Shown: positions 26,208 to 35,985, counted from the first letter of the stretch. The stretch: DNA of 64,000 nt from an uncultured Thermoanaerobaculia bacterium (GCA_964591165.1 CAZPZW010000002.1:3840-67839); one strand, 5' to 3'. Program-made: numbers and translations. The notes: generated by a model from the letters alone, not told the origin.

Positions 26208-26236
26208 AGAATATCGCCCGGTGCGAGGGCGGTCAA
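26208..26236 (-). promoter_or_regulatory. Candidate promoter TTGACC-N17-TATTCT upstream of tRNA-Pro
   Basis: Both hexamers are good matches with 17-nt spacing. The promoter would give a ~65-nt tRNA leader. Confidence 0.4.
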
Positions 26237-26238
26237 GC

Positions 26239-26267
26239 TTGCGCGGGACCGCAGAGCCTTCTATATT
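26239..26267 (+). promoter_or_regulatory. Candidate promoter TTGCGC-N17-TATATT for the cytochrome c gene
   Basis: Read directly from the sequence. It is back-to-back with the tRNA promoter -35, sharing a CAAGCTTG palindrome. Confidence 0.4.
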
Positions 26268-26301
26268 CCGCCCTCCAAGATCTACCGCGAGGGAGGCGGG
26301 A

Positions 26302-27252
26302 ATGCGCCGAGGGGTTCGTTGGCTGCTGGGAGCCGTGTCGGTCGTGCTGCTGGCGCTGGGCGGCGCCTGGCTCTGGTTCGTCGCCAAGTACCCGGCCGTG
26401 CCGGCGGCACGCGAGCTCGGCGTGGCGGCGACCCCCGACCGGGTGGACCGGGGTCGCTACCTCGTGACCCACGTCACGGTCTGCACCGATTGCCACTCGC
26501 AGCGCGACTGGAGCCGCTTCTCCGGCCCCGTCCTGGTCGACACTCTCGGCTCCGGCGGCCACACGTTCGGACCCGAAGCGGGCTTCCCGGGCCATCTCAC
26601 GCCGCCCAACATCACCCCCGCGGCGCTCGGCACCTGGAGTGACGGCGAGATCGCCCGCGCTATCACCGAGGGGGTCAACCGGGAGGGGCGGGCACTCTTC
26701 CCGTTCATGCCCTACCCGCTCTACGCCTCGCTCGATCCCCAGGACCTCGCGGCCATCATCGCCTACCTGCGGACCTTGAAGCCGATCGAGCGTGCGACGC
26801 CCCCCACGGCGCTCGACTTCCCGCTCAATCTGCTGGTGCGCACCATGCCCAAGCCGGCGCAGCTCGTTCCGGCGCCCTCCCGTCAGGACGAAGTGGCCTA
26901 CGGCCGCTACCTCACGACGATCGCCGGCTGCGTCGAATGCCACACACCGAAGACCGCGAAGGGGCAGCGCATCGAGAACCGGCTCTTCGCGGGCGGTGAG
27001 AAGTTCGCGATGGGCAACGGACAGACCGTCGTGTCGAAGAATCTGACGCCCCACCCGACCGACGGCTTGGGCGACATCGCGCGCGAGGATTTCCTTGGCA
27101 TGTTCCGCGGTTACACCGACGGCGCCCCCCCGATGCCTCCCCAGGCGCCCAATACGCCGATGCCCTGGACGCAATACGCGGGCATGACCGACGAGGACCT
27201 CGGGGCCATTCACGCCTACCTGCAGTCCCTGCCGCCGCTGCCCGCGCAGTAA
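26302..27252 (+). CDS. Membrane-anchored dihaem c-type cytochrome
   Basis: The start is ATG 26302 after GGGAGG. There is an N-terminal TM/signal segment (WLLGAVSVVLLALGGAWLW) and two CxxCH motifs (CTDCH, CVECH). It resembles the cytochrome c subunits of membrane dehydrogenases. Confidence 0.8.
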   Translation: MRRGVRWLLGAVSVVLLALGGAWLWFVAKYPAVPAARELGVAATPDRVDRGRYLVTHVTVCTDCHSQRDWSRFSGPVLVDTLGSGGHTFGPEAGFPGHLTPPNITPAALGTWSDGEIARAITEGVNREGRALFPFMPYPLYASLDPQDLAAIIAYLRTLKPIERATPPTALDFPLNLLVRTMPKPAQLVPAPSRQDEVAYGRYLTTIAGCVECHTPKTAKGQRIENRLFAGGEKFAMGNGQTVVSKNLTPHPTDGLGDIAREDFLGMFRGYTDGAPPMPPQAPNTPMPWTQYAGMTDEDLGAIHAYLQSLPPLPAQ

Positions 27253-27345
27253 GGGTCCGCGCGGCCGCGCCAGCGGCGCGCGGTCGAAGCGCCGGGCACT
27301 GCGATCTCCAGTACAATCCGGGGCGGAGTTCTCGGGGGAGGTCGT

Positions 27346-29127
27346 ATGTCGATTCGCACGCTCGCGGAGCTCTTCCTGGTGGTGGCGGAGCACGACAAGG
27401 CCGCATGCCTGATGCACAAGCTCGAGGGCCGCTACGTCGCGATCCCGACCACCGAGTTCGCCCTGCTGGTACGCCGCCTGGCGAAGGGCCTGGTGGACGC
27501 CGGTATCCGGCCCGGCGACCGGGTCGCGCTGATGGCGGAGAACAGTCCGCAGTGGGCGGCGGTCGACTTCGCGGCGCTGTGCGTCGGCGCGGCCCTGGTG
27601 CCGATCTATCCGACCCTGCTGCCCGAGGGCGCGGCCTACGTCGCGCGGGACAGTGGCTCGCGGATCCTCTTCGTCCAGGGTCAGGCCCGACTCGACGGTC
27701 TGCTCGCCATGCGCGGGCAGATGCCCTCGGTCGAACGCCTGGTGGCGATCGACGGCGACGCCGGAGCCTCGGGAGTCGAGACGTTCGAGGACTTCGCCGC
27801 GCGCGGCAACGGCGTGGAGGCGGCCTGGTTCGAGATCCAGGCCAGGCAGGCTCGCCCCGAGGATCTCGCGACCTTGATCTACACCAGCGGGACGACGGGC
27901 GACCCCAAGGGTGTGATGCTCACCCATGGCAACCTGGTCGCCAACGTGCTCTCCGGTTGCTCGGTCCTCGGGCTCTCCGGCGACTTCACCGCGCTCTCGT
28001 TCCTGCCGCTGTCGCACTCCTTCGAGCGCATGGTGGACTACTGCTACTTCTACAAGGGCGTCACCGTCGCCTACGCCGAGTCGGTCCAGACAGTGGCGCA
28101 GAACCTGCTCGAGGCGAAACCCCACGTCTTCGTCGCCGTGCCGCGGGTCTACGAGAAAGTGATGGCCCGGGTCATGGAGAACGCCACGGCGCACGGCGGG
28201 CTCAAGAGCAGGATCTTCCAGTGGGCGCTCGGCGTCGGGCGGGAATCCCTGCCCCACCGCCTGCGCCACGAGAAGCTCGGATTGAAGGCCCGCATCGCCG
28301 ACCGGCTCGTCTTCTCCAAGATCCGCGAGCGCCTCGGCGGACGTTTCGCCTTCGCGATGTCCGGGGGGGCACCGCTCGGACGCGACGTCGCGGAGTTCTT
28401 CTGGGGCGCCGGTATCCCGATCTACGAAGGCTACGGCTTGACCGAAACCTCGCCGGTGCTGTCGGTCAACACCCGCGAAGCGGTGCGGCTGGGAACGGTC
28501 GGACCTCCCCTGCCCGACGTCCAGATCCGCATCGCGGAGGACGGCGAGATCCTGGCCAAGGGTCCGAACATCATGCGCGGTTACTTCGGGAAGCCGGAGG
28601 CCACCGCCGAAGTGCTCGATGCCGAGGGCTGGTTCCACACCGGTGACATCGGTCACCTCGACGGCGACGGATTCCTGGTCATCACCGATCGCAAGAAGGA
28701 GCTGATCGTCAACGCCTACGGCAAGAACATCGCGCCGGCGCCGATTGAGAGCTCGCTCAAGGCGGGTAGGTTCGTCGCCCAGGCGGTGGTGATCGGCGAC
28801 CGCCGGCAGTATCTGGCGGCCCTCCTGGTGCCCGATTTCGAGGCGCTCGCCGCCTGGGGAGCGACCGCCGGGGTCACCGGCTCGCCCGCCGAGCTGGTCC
28901 TCGATCCAAAGGTCCGCGCTCTGTTCCAGAAGGAGATCGACGCGGTCAACGCCCACCTGGCGCGCTACGAGCAACTGCGAGTCTTCGAGCTGGTGCCCAA
29001 CGACTTCACCCTCGAGGGGGGCGAGCTGACCCCGACGCTGAAGGTCAAGCGGCGCGTCATCCTGACCAAGTACCGCGAGCTGATCGAGCGGCTCTACGCC
29101 GCGGGCGACGCTCGCGACAACGGATAG
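27346..29127 (+). CDS. Long-chain fatty acid-CoA ligase (AMP-dependent synthetase)
   Basis: 593 aa with YTSGTTGDPKGVMLTHGNL (AMP-binding motif), YEGYGLTE, TGDIG and KKELIV. Confidence 0.9.
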   Translation: MSIRTLAELFLVVAEHDKAACLMHKLEGRYVAIPTTEFALLVRRLAKGLVDAGIRPGDRVALMAENSPQWAAVDFAALCVGAALVPIYPTLLPEGAAYVARDSGSRILFVQGQARLDGLLAMRGQMPSVERLVAIDGDAGASGVETFEDFAARGNGVEAAWFEIQARQARPEDLATLIYTSGTTGDPKGVMLTHGNLVANVLSGCSVLGLSGDFTALSFLPLSHSFERMVDYCYFYKGVTVAYAESVQTVAQNLLEAKPHVFVAVPRVYEKVMARVMENATAHGGLKSRIFQWALGVGRESLPHRLRHEKLGLKARIADRLVFSKIRERLGGRFAFAMSGGAPLGRDVAEFFWGAGIPIYEGYGLTETSPVLSVNTREAVRLGTVGPPLPDVQIRIAEDGEILAKGPNIMRGYFGKPEATAEVLDAEGWFHTGDIGHLDGDGFLVITDRKKELIVNAYGKNIAPAPIESSLKAGRFVAQAVVIGDRRQYLAALLVPDFEALAAWGATAGVTGSPAELVLDPKVRALFQKEIDAVNAHLARYEQLRVFELVPNDFTLEGGELTPTLKVKRRVILTKYRELIERLYAAGDARDNG

Positions 29128-29128
29128 C

Positions 29129-31246
29129 ATGCCCGAGGCCCTGCGTCTCGAGGTCGGCGCCGACCACCTCGCGACCTTGACCTTCGATCTCCCGGACCGC
29201 AGGGCCAATATCTTCACGCGCGCCGTTCTGGCCGAGCTCGAGCAGCTCGTCGCCGAGTTGGCTCGACGGGACGACGTCGCCTGCCTGGTGCTCGTCTCGG
29301 CGAAGCCCGGGATGTTCATCGCCGGCGCCGACGTCGAAGAGATCGAGCGCGTGGCCGATGCGAAGGTCGCCGCCGAGGGCTCGCGCTACGGACAGCGCCT
29401 GTTCGCGGCTTGGGAGGCGCTCCCCTTTCCCACCGTCGCCGCGGTGCAAGGGACCTGCGTCGGCGGCGGGACCGAGCTCGCTCTCGCCTCGTCCTACATC
29501 GTCCTGTCGGATCGCCCCGACCTGCGCATCGGGCTGCCGGAGATCAAGCTGGGAATCCTCCCGGGATGGGGTGGATGCGTCCGTTTGCCTCGCCGGGTCG
29601 GCCTGCTCGCGGCACTCGACCTCATCCTCGCGGGCAAGACGATTCGGAGCCGGCAGGCCGAGCGCATGGGTCTCGCCGACGCCGTCTTCCCCGACGCCGG
29701 GTTCCTCCACCACGCGCACCGGTTCGCCCTCGAGCGAGCCGGCCGCAGGACCGCCGTCCGCCGGCCGCGCGGTTTGCGGCGTTGGCTGGTCGAGTCCAAT
29801 CCGGCCGGGCGCCGGTTCGTCTTCGACCAGGTACGCCGGAAGACGCTCGCTCGCACGCGCGGGCGCTATCCGGCGCCGCTGGCGGCGATCGACGTGGTGC
29901 GTACCGGATGGGAGCAGGGCGCCGAACGGGGCTTCGCGGCCGAGGCGCAGGCGATCGGCGAGCTCGCCCCTTCCCCCATCGCCAAGCACCTCGTCCACCT
30001 CTTCCGCCTGCTCGAGGCGAGCCGGCGCGACGGGGAGGGCGCCCTCCCCCACGCCGTCTCGAGGCCTGCGGTGATCGGCGCCGGCGTGATGGGCGGCGGC
30101 GTCGCGTACTCGATCGCCGAGCGGACCGGCCTGCCGGTGCGCCTCAAGGACATCCGGCTCGGCGCTCTCGGAACCGCTCTCGCGCACGCCGCGCGCCTGT
30201 TCGACGGGCAGGTCCGCCGCCGGCGGATGACCTCGGCCGAGAAGCGGCGCGGCATGGCCCGCATCCATCCGACGCTCGACGAGACCTCGCTCGCCGCCGC
30301 CGACCTCGTGATCGAGGCCGTGGTCGAGGACCTCGAGGTGAAGCAACGGCTCTTCGCCGACCTCGCCGCCCGGGTGGCGCCGACGGCTCTCCTGGCGAGC
30401 AACACCTCCGCGCTCTCGATCGACGCCATCGGCGAGCGCGCGACGCACCGCGAGCGGGTGGTCGGCTTGCACTTCTTCAATCCCGTGGACCGGATGCAGC
30501 TGGTCGAGGTGATCGCGGGATCGCACTCGAGTCACGATGCCGTGCGTGCGGCGGCGGCCTTCGTCCGCCGTCTCGGCAAGACGCCGGTCGTCGTCCGGGA
30601 CGGCCCGGGCTTCCTGGTCAACCGCCTGTTGGCGTTCTACTCGGCCGAAGCGATGTGGCTGCTCGACGAAGGGTATCGAGTCGAGGACGTGGACCGCGCG
30701 ATGCTCGAGTGGGGAATGCCGATGGGCCCTCTCCGCCTCGCCGACGAAGTCGGCCTGGACGTTTCGGCGAAGGTCGGCCAGATTCTCCACGCCGCCTTTC
30801 CCGAGCGGCTGGTCTTCCCGGCCTGGATCGAGCGCCTCGCCGAGGACGCCGCGCGGCTGGGCGTGAAGTCGGGCAAGGGAATCTACCGCTACACCGGGGG
30901 AAGGGACGCAGGCGCCGACCCCGCGCTCTACGCGACTCTGGGACTGCGGCCGGAGCGGCGGAATCCCGACCTGGCGGCGCTCGCGGAGCGCCTGGTGCTG
31001 CCGATGGTCAACGAAGCCGCGCGCTGCCTCGGCGAGCGCCTGGTCGAGGGACCCGGGCCGCTCGACTTGGCGCTGGTCCTCGGCATCGGTTTTCCTCCCT
31101 TCCGCGGCGGGCTCTGCCGGTGGGCCGACGAGCGCGGCCTGGCGTCGATCGTCGACGATCTGCGCCATCTCGCCACCACCTGCGGACCGAGAATGGCCCC
31201 CAGCGAGGAGCTCGTCCGGCAGGCCGCCCAGGGAGCGTTCTATTGA
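29129..31246 (+). CDS. Fused enoyl-CoA hydratase / 3-hydroxyacyl-CoA dehydrogenase (FadB/FadJ-type)
   Basis: 705 aa. The N-terminal crotonase region contains FIAGADV and GGGTELALA. The central region VIGAGVMGGGVA is a Rossmann motif, and HFFNPV marks the HACD domain. The gene starts 1 nt after the ligase stop. Confidence 0.9.
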   Translation: MPEALRLEVGADHLATLTFDLPDRRANIFTRAVLAELEQLVAELARRDDVACLVLVSAKPGMFIAGADVEEIERVADAKVAAEGSRYGQRLFAAWEALPFPTVAAVQGTCVGGGTELALASSYIVLSDRPDLRIGLPEIKLGILPGWGGCVRLPRRVGLLAALDLILAGKTIRSRQAERMGLADAVFPDAGFLHHAHRFALERAGRRTAVRRPRGLRRWLVESNPAGRRFVFDQVRRKTLARTRGRYPAPLAAIDVVRTGWEQGAERGFAAEAQAIGELAPSPIAKHLVHLFRLLEASRRDGEGALPHAVSRPAVIGAGVMGGGVAYSIAERTGLPVRLKDIRLGALGTALAHAARLFDGQVRRRRMTSAEKRRGMARIHPTLDETSLAAADLVIEAVVEDLEVKQRLFADLAARVAPTALLASNTSALSIDAIGERATHRERVVGLHFFNPVDRMQLVEVIAGSHSSHDAVRAAAAFVRRLGKTPVVVRDGPGFLVNRLLAFYSAEAMWLLDEGYRVEDVDRAMLEWGMPMGPLRLADEVGLDVSAKVGQILHAAFPERLVFPAWIERLAEDAARLGVKSGKGIYRYTGGRDAGADPALYATLGLRPERRNPDLAALAERLVLPMVNEAARCLGERLVEGPGPLDLALVLGIGFPPFRGGLCRWADERGLASIVDDLRHLATTCGPRMAPSEELVRQAAQGAFY

Positions 31247-31275
31247 ACAGGCTGCTCACCGGGCCCGCTTCGCAA

Positions 31276-31303
31276 GGCATCGCGAACGGCATCGCGTTAG
31301 CAT
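31276..31303 (+). promoter_or_regulatory. Direct repeat GGCATCGCG-aac-GGCATCGCG immediately upstream of a TAGCAT -10-like box
   Basis: Read directly from the sequence, ~57 nt upstream of the VWA gene ATG. Confidence 0.3.
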
Positions 31304-31359
31304 GGGGTTGTCGAGGAGTCCGCACGAGCGGCCTCGCGCCCACCACGGAGCCCAAGACC

Positions 31360-32505
31360 ATGAATCGCTTCGATGTCCCGTCGCATGGCAGCCCCGCCGC
31401 ACTCGCCGGTGTGGTGCTCGCCGCGGCGCTGCTCGGTACGTCGATCGCCCCGGCGCAGCTGCCGCCCGAGGAGGCGCCGCGGGCGACCTTTTCCGGTGAC
31501 GTGGAGGTCAGTGAAGTCCTGATCGACGTCCTGGTGACCGATCGTCAGGGAAACGTCGTCGTCGGCCTGGGTCCGGAGGATTTCCGGGTGACCGAGGACG
31601 GCCGAGCGGTCGAGATCACTGCCGCCGCGTTCTACAGCAATCGACGCTTCGCCGGCTCGGTGGCCCAGTCCGCGAGCGCCCCCACGCCGGGGCTCGATCT
31701 CGAGGCCGAGCCGCAGGACCGCTACTTCATCTTCCTGTTCGACGACCAGCGCGGACACAACGCCGACGTCCCCGGACTCCTCCGCCGGCAAGTGACCGCC
31801 GGACGGGACGCAGCGGAGTGGATGCGCCGGGCGCTCTCACCGAACGACTGGGTGGCCGTCGCCGCCTACGATCAGCGGCTCCGCCTGCAGCTCGACTTCA
31901 GCCGCGACCGCGAGGCCGCGGCCCGCGCGATCGAAGCGGTGACCACCGGGCGCGGGGTCGGCGACAACTGGCCCTCGCGGCGCAGCGAGGATCCCGCGAC
32001 GCCATCGCTCGGCCGCGTGCTCCCCGCGGGGGACCAGCTGCGCGACGCCACGGGGATGATCTACGACGGCCTCACCCTGCTCGCCGAAGCGGCGGCGCCG
32101 ATCCGCGGAAGAAAGAACCTGCTGCTCTTCACCATCGGCTTCGGCCGCATGAACCGCTTCCGCGAGTACGAGCCCGATCCGCGCTACTACCATCCGATGG
32201 CCGAGGCGTTGAACGACGCCAACGTCGCGGTCTACACCTTCGACCTCACCGAGCCGGGGACCCGCCACCCCTTCGCCAACGCGATGAACCAGATCGCCGA
32301 CGAGACCGGTGGACGTTACTACTCCGATCTGCCGAGCTTCGGCAACGCGCTCGGCCAGGTCGTCCGGCAGACGAGCGGCTACTACCTGGTTTCCTACCGG
32401 GCCGAACATCCACGGGGACTGCGCGGCTTCCAGCGCGTCGAGGTGAAACTGGCGAATCCGGAGCTGCGTTGGACCGCGCGGCGCGGCTACCGCTTCGGGG
32501 ACTGA
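31360..32505 (+). CDS. Secreted VWA-domain protein of the type I recall as 'VWFA-related Acidobacterial domain'
   Basis: This is the 3' part of ORF 29410..32505, starting at ATG 31360, with a signal-like AALAGVVLAAALLG. VSEVLIDVLVTDRQGNVVVGL.PEDFRVTEDG and YFIFLFDD fit my recollection of that family pattern. Confidence 0.8.
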   Translation: MNRFDVPSHGSPAALAGVVLAAALLGTSIAPAQLPPEEAPRATFSGDVEVSEVLIDVLVTDRQGNVVVGLGPEDFRVTEDGRAVEITAAAFYSNRRFAGSVAQSASAPTPGLDLEAEPQDRYFIFLFDDQRGHNADVPGLLRRQVTAGRDAAEWMRRALSPNDWVAVAAYDQRLRLQLDFSRDREAAARAIEAVTTGRGVGDNWPSRRSEDPATPSLGRVLPAGDQLRDATGMIYDGLTLLAEAAAPIRGRKNLLLFTIGFGRMNRFREYEPDPRYYHPMAEALNDANVAVYTFDLTEPGTRHPFANAMNQIADETGGRYYSDLPSFGNALGQVVRQTSGYYLVSYRAEHPRGLRGFQRVEVKLANPELRWTARRGYRFGD

Positions 32506-33293
32506 GCCGACTCGGCGCCCGACGGTACCTCGTCGTCGCCTTCGCCGTCCTGCTCGATGCGCAGCAGGACGACCGAGATGTTGTCGAATCCTCCCCGGGC
32601 ATTGGCGTCGCGGACCAGCCGGGCACACAGCTCCTCGAGACGCCCGGGCGCGCGCAGACGCTCGAGGATCTCCGCGTCGGAGAGCATGGTCGTCAGGCCG
32701 TCCGAGCAGAGCATGTAGAGATCCCCGGGCAGCACCTTCCACTCGCGCACGTCGACCTCGACCTCGGCGTCCCCGCCGAGCGCCCGGGTCACCACGTTCT
32801 TGAGCGGATGCACCCGAGCCTGCTCTTCCGAGAGGAACCCGGCCACCACCTGCTCGTTGACCCAGGTGTGGTCCTGGGTCAGGAGCTCGAGCTTGCCGTC
32901 GCGCAGACGGTAGGCGCGACTGTCGCCGACGTGCGCCACCGCGACGCTCTCGCCGTCGAGCAGCATGCCGACGACCGTGGTGCCCATGCCGTGCAGGGAC
33001 GCGTCCTGCCGGATCGCGGCGAGGACCCGCTCGTGGGCGAGCCGGATGGCGTCGCGCAACCGTGCCGCATGTTTCGGCGGTGAGCTGACCGGCAGCCGCT
33101 CCGGCAGCGTCGCGAGCTGGTCGCGGATGGCCTGCACCGCGATCCGCGAGGCGATCTCGCCGTGGCTGTGACCGCCCATGCCGTCGGCCACGACGAACAT
33201 CTGGTGCTCGGGATCGATCTCGAAGCAGTCCTCGTTGTGGCTGCGCAGCACGCCGACGTCGGACAGCCCGCACGCCCTGGCTCGGAGCATCAA
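32487..33293 (-). CDS. PP2C-family Ser/Thr protein phosphatase
   Basis: 268 aa with SDVGVLRSHNEDCF, VVADGMGGHSHGEIAS, LLCSDGLT and DNISVVLL. Confidence 0.9.
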   Translation of the reverse strand: MMLRARACGLSDVGVLRSHNEDCFEIDPEHQMFVVADGMGGHSHGEIASRIAVQAIRDQLATLPERLPVSSPPKHAARLRDAIRLAHERVLAAIRQDASLHGMGTTVVGMLLDGESVAVAHVGDSRAYRLRDGKLELLTQDHTWVNEQVVAGFLSEEQARVHPLKNVVTRALGGDAEVEVDVREWKVLPGDLYMLCSDGLTTMLSDAEILERLRAPGRLEELCARLVRDANARGGFDNISVVLLRIEQDGEGDDEVPSGAESAQSPKR

Positions 33294-33937
33294 CCGCCCT
33301 TTCCGAAGAATCCGCCGCGGCCCTTCTTGCCGCTCGTGCGCAGCGCGTCGAGCGCCTGCGAGACGACCGCGTCCTCGCCACCCCAGGTCAGCGCCTCATT
33401 GTAGTAGTGCTCGGCCTTGTCCACCAATCCCGCCTCGGCGTGCAGCCGCCCCGCCAACTTGAGATAGGAGGGGTTGATCGCCTGCTGGTCGCAGGCATGG
33501 GCGATCGCCTCGACGGCACGCATCAGGTGCCGCTTCTGGTGGCTGAGGGCTTGCGCCAGGTGGTGCCACGCCTGGTGGTTCTTGGGGTCGACCTGGGTCG
33601 CCCGCTCGAAGGCTTCGGCGGCCTGGACGTAGTTGCCGTCGCGATAGAACTGGACCCCCGCCTCCATGTGGAAACGGGCCAGCCGGGCGACGTCGCTCGC
33701 CAGCGAAGTCGACTCGGGGCGGGACAGCTCGAGGTCGTGCTGTCGTCGCCGCTCCGGATCGGAGAGCACGTTGAACGCCTCGGTGATCTCCTGAAAATCG
33801 AGCTCGGCCTGCTGACGCACCTCCCCCTGGAAGCGATCGGGATGGCGCTCCCTGGCGAGTTGACGGAAACGTTCGCGGATCTTCTCCTGCGAGACGTTGC
33901 GCGCCAGCCCGAGGATGGCGTAGTGGTCCTTGGGCAT
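33290..33937 (-). CDS. J-domain (DnaJ-like) protein with C-terminal TPR-like repeats
   Basis: 215 aa. DHYAILGLARNVSQEKIRERFRQLARERHPDR contains the HPD motif. TPR-like helices follow (YVQAAEAFERATQVDPKNHQAWHHLAQAL). There is a 4-nt ATGA overlap with the PP2C gene. Confidence 0.85.
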   Translation of the reverse strand: MPKDHYAILGLARNVSQEKIRERFRQLARERHPDRFQGEVRQQAELDFQEITEAFNVLSDPERRRQHDLELSRPESTSLASDVARLARFHMEAGVQFYRDGNYVQAAEAFERATQVDPKNHQAWHHLAQALSHQKRHLMRAVEAIAHACDQQAINPSYLKLAGRLHAEAGLVDKAEHYYNEALTWGGEDAVVSQALDALRTSGKKGRGGFFGKGG

Positions 33938-33938
33938 G

Positions 33939-34955
33939 CTACTTGGTCTTGATTCTATACAACCGGTCGGCGGCCGTTCGGACGGCGTCGGCGACGTTGC
34001 GGTCCCGCATCAGGCTCCTCAGGTCGCGCACCGAGAGACGCGCGACCAGGCGGACCGCCGTGCCCACCGGCACCCGCGGGTTGCGCACCAGGGCGAGACA
34101 GATGTTGTACTTCGAGTTCCACTCCCGCCGGCGGGCGATCTCCCCCAGCACTTCGTCGACGACCGACCGGCTCGCGGCGATCTGCTCGACTTCCTCCTCG
34201 GTCATCGCCGAGTTGTTGAGCACCGACAGCGCCACCATCTGGTTGAGGTCCTTGACCAGGATCGCGCGCAGGGTGCGCGACGCGCCGCGCGTCAACTTGA
34301 CCTTCACCGCGACGGGCAGCGAGCGCACCTGACCCTCGGAGAGGCCCGTCGTCGTGTCCTGCTCGCCACTCGCCGGCAACTCGCGTGCCGCCGCGATCGC
34401 AGCGAGATCTGCGGCGTCGAGATCGAGCCGCCCCGGCAGCTCGGGAAGCTGCGGTTCGGGCTGCCGCTCGCGCGGCAGCAGGTGCTCCCGGTATTCGAGA
34501 ATCCGTCGCCGGGAGTAGAGCGAGAGCTCGGGGTTCGACTCGAGCGCGTCGAGGATCGCGGGCAGCTCGATGATCGCGTCCTGCCGCAGCAGCAGAACCT
34601 CCTGCAACTCGGCTCCGAGTCGGGGAGCGAGCTCGGCGAGGAGGTTGCGCGGCGTGTCGCGCCGGCGCAGGATGACTTCGAGGACGCGCGGATCGCTCGC
34701 GGTGCGCGCGAAGTACTCGAGCACCGCCTCCGAGGCGTCGCCCGCCAGGAAAGTCGCCGCCATGCGCGGGTCGGTTTCGGCCAGGGCCGACTTGGCGTAG
34801 CCCGAGATCTCCCAGCTGTCGTGGCGCGTCAGGTCGACCTGGAGCGGGATGAGCTCGTCGGCCGGCAAGGGGAGGATGCCCTGGGCCGCGAGCAGGAGGA
34901 GCTCGCGGCTCTGGCCCGAGCGGACCTGCTCGACGAGCGGATGGACCGCGCCCAC
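33939..34955 (-). CDS. Alpha-helical repeat protein (LRV/HEAT-like 'xNPxxP' repeats), function unknown
   Basis: 338 aa of normal composition, with a stop 1 nt before the J-domain gene start. The C-terminal segment YNICLALVRNPRVPVGTAVRLVARL aligns with the C-terminus of the 35986..36744 product. Confidence 0.7.
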   Translation of the reverse strand: MGAVHPLVEQVRSGQSRELLLLAAQGILPLPADELIPLQVDLTRHDSWEISGYAKSALAETDPRMAATFLAGDASEAVLEYFARTASDPRVLEVILRRRDTPRNLLAELAPRLGAELQEVLLLRQDAIIELPAILDALESNPELSLYSRRRILEYREHLLPRERQPEPQLPELPGRLDLDAADLAAIAAARELPASGEQDTTTGLSEGQVRSLPVAVKVKLTRGASRTLRAILVKDLNQMVALSVLNNSAMTEEEVEQIAASRSVVDEVLGEIARRREWNSKYNICLALVRNPRVPVGTAVRLVARLSVRDLRSLMRDRNVADAVRTAADRLYRIKTK

Positions 34956-34959
34956 GGGC

Positions 34960-35895
34960 CTAGGGACGCGCGACGTCGGGCGGGGCGGGGACCGAGGTGC
35001 GGTCGATGCGCAGGTCGCGCACCACCCGCGTCGCGTTGGCGGGGAGCGGGAAGGGCCGCCCGTTCACCTCGACCGCCACCGCCCGGGCATTGCCGAACGT
35101 GAGCAGCACGGCATCGTCGGCGTCGAGATGGACGGTCTCTCCCCCCGCCCGCAACTCGCTCGTCCGCCGCTTGCCGTCGATCACCGACTCGACCCAACAG
35201 TCCTCGCTGAAATTGAGCACCACGCGCAACGGCGCCTCGTGGGCCGCCGCCGCGATCGCGGGCTCGCCGGGGGCTGGCGCGGCTGGGGACTCCGAAGCGC
35301 CCGGGAGGAGCGTTCTCGGCGCCGTCTCCGGCCGGCTCGCCGCCACCGCGGCCGAGTCGTCGGAGCCCCCCGCGGCCGGCATGGCGACACTCGGCGCCAC
35401 CAGGCGGTTTTCGGGGCCCGACGCGGCGCGGTGCTTCTCGGCGTAGTAGGAGAGGTACGCTGCGACCCCGAGGAAGGCGACCACGGCCAGGGCGAGCAGC
35501 AGGCCGTAGCCGACCGGGGATGGAGCAGCGCTCGCCCGGGCAGACGACCGCGCGGGGCGCCCCGCGTCGCGTGCTCGCACCGCGTCGACCTGGTTACCGG
35601 CCGCGATGAGGAAGAGATTCACCACCTCGTCCGGGTTGAGGCCGACGACGCGCGCATACTCCCTGAGAAAACCGCGCGCGAAGACCGGCGCCGGCAGCGA
35701 CTCGAAGCGGTCGAGCTCGAGCGCCTCGAGGTAGCGCAGGCTGATCTTGCTCGCGTCGGCGATCTCGCGCAGCGAGACGTTGCGCGCTTCGCGCTGCTGG
35801 CGCAACCATGCCCCGAAGGACCCACGCTCGAGCTCGGCGGGCTTCGCTTCCGCCGTCGAGGGCGGCTCTCCTGCGCTGCTCTTGGTCATCGTCAC
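34960..35895 (-). CDS. rodZ: RodZ-like cytoskeletal protein (HTH, TM segment, DUF4115-like C-terminus)
   Basis: 311 aa. The HTH_XRE-like segment reads FGAWLRQQREARNVSLREIADASKISLRYLEALELDRFESLP..F.RGFLREYA. It is followed by the TM helix GYGLLLALAVVAFLGVAAYL and a C-terminal beta domain (VVLNFSEDCWVESVIDGK...LTFGNA). Confidence 0.8.
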   Translation of the reverse strand: MTMTKSSAGEPPSTAEAKPAELERGSFGAWLRQQREARNVSLREIADASKISLRYLEALELDRFESLPAPVFARGFLREYARVVGLNPDEVVNLFLIAAGNQVDAVRARDAGRPARSSARASAAPSPVGYGLLLALAVVAFLGVAAYLSYYAEKHRAASGPENRLVAPSVAMPAAGGSDDSAAVAASRPETAPRTLLPGASESPAAPAPGEPAIAAAAHEAPLRVVLNFSEDCWVESVIDGKRRTSELRAGGETVHLDADDAVLLTFGNARAVAVEVNGRPFPLPANATRVVRDLRIDRTSVPAPPDVARP

Positions 35896-35985
35896 CCTGC
35901 CGGACGCCGCCGGTCGCGCGCTCGCCGCGCACCTTCAACCGAGCACGGCTCAACGACTTAGGGTATCGAGTCGGCGCGGTTGGGG

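Noticed and set aside
26233-29319. 1028-aa minus-strand ORF opposite the cytochrome c and acyl-CoA ligase genes
   Set aside because: It is a shadow ORF with no recognisable motif. It overlaps two well-supported plus-strand genes and their intergenic promoter and terminator region.
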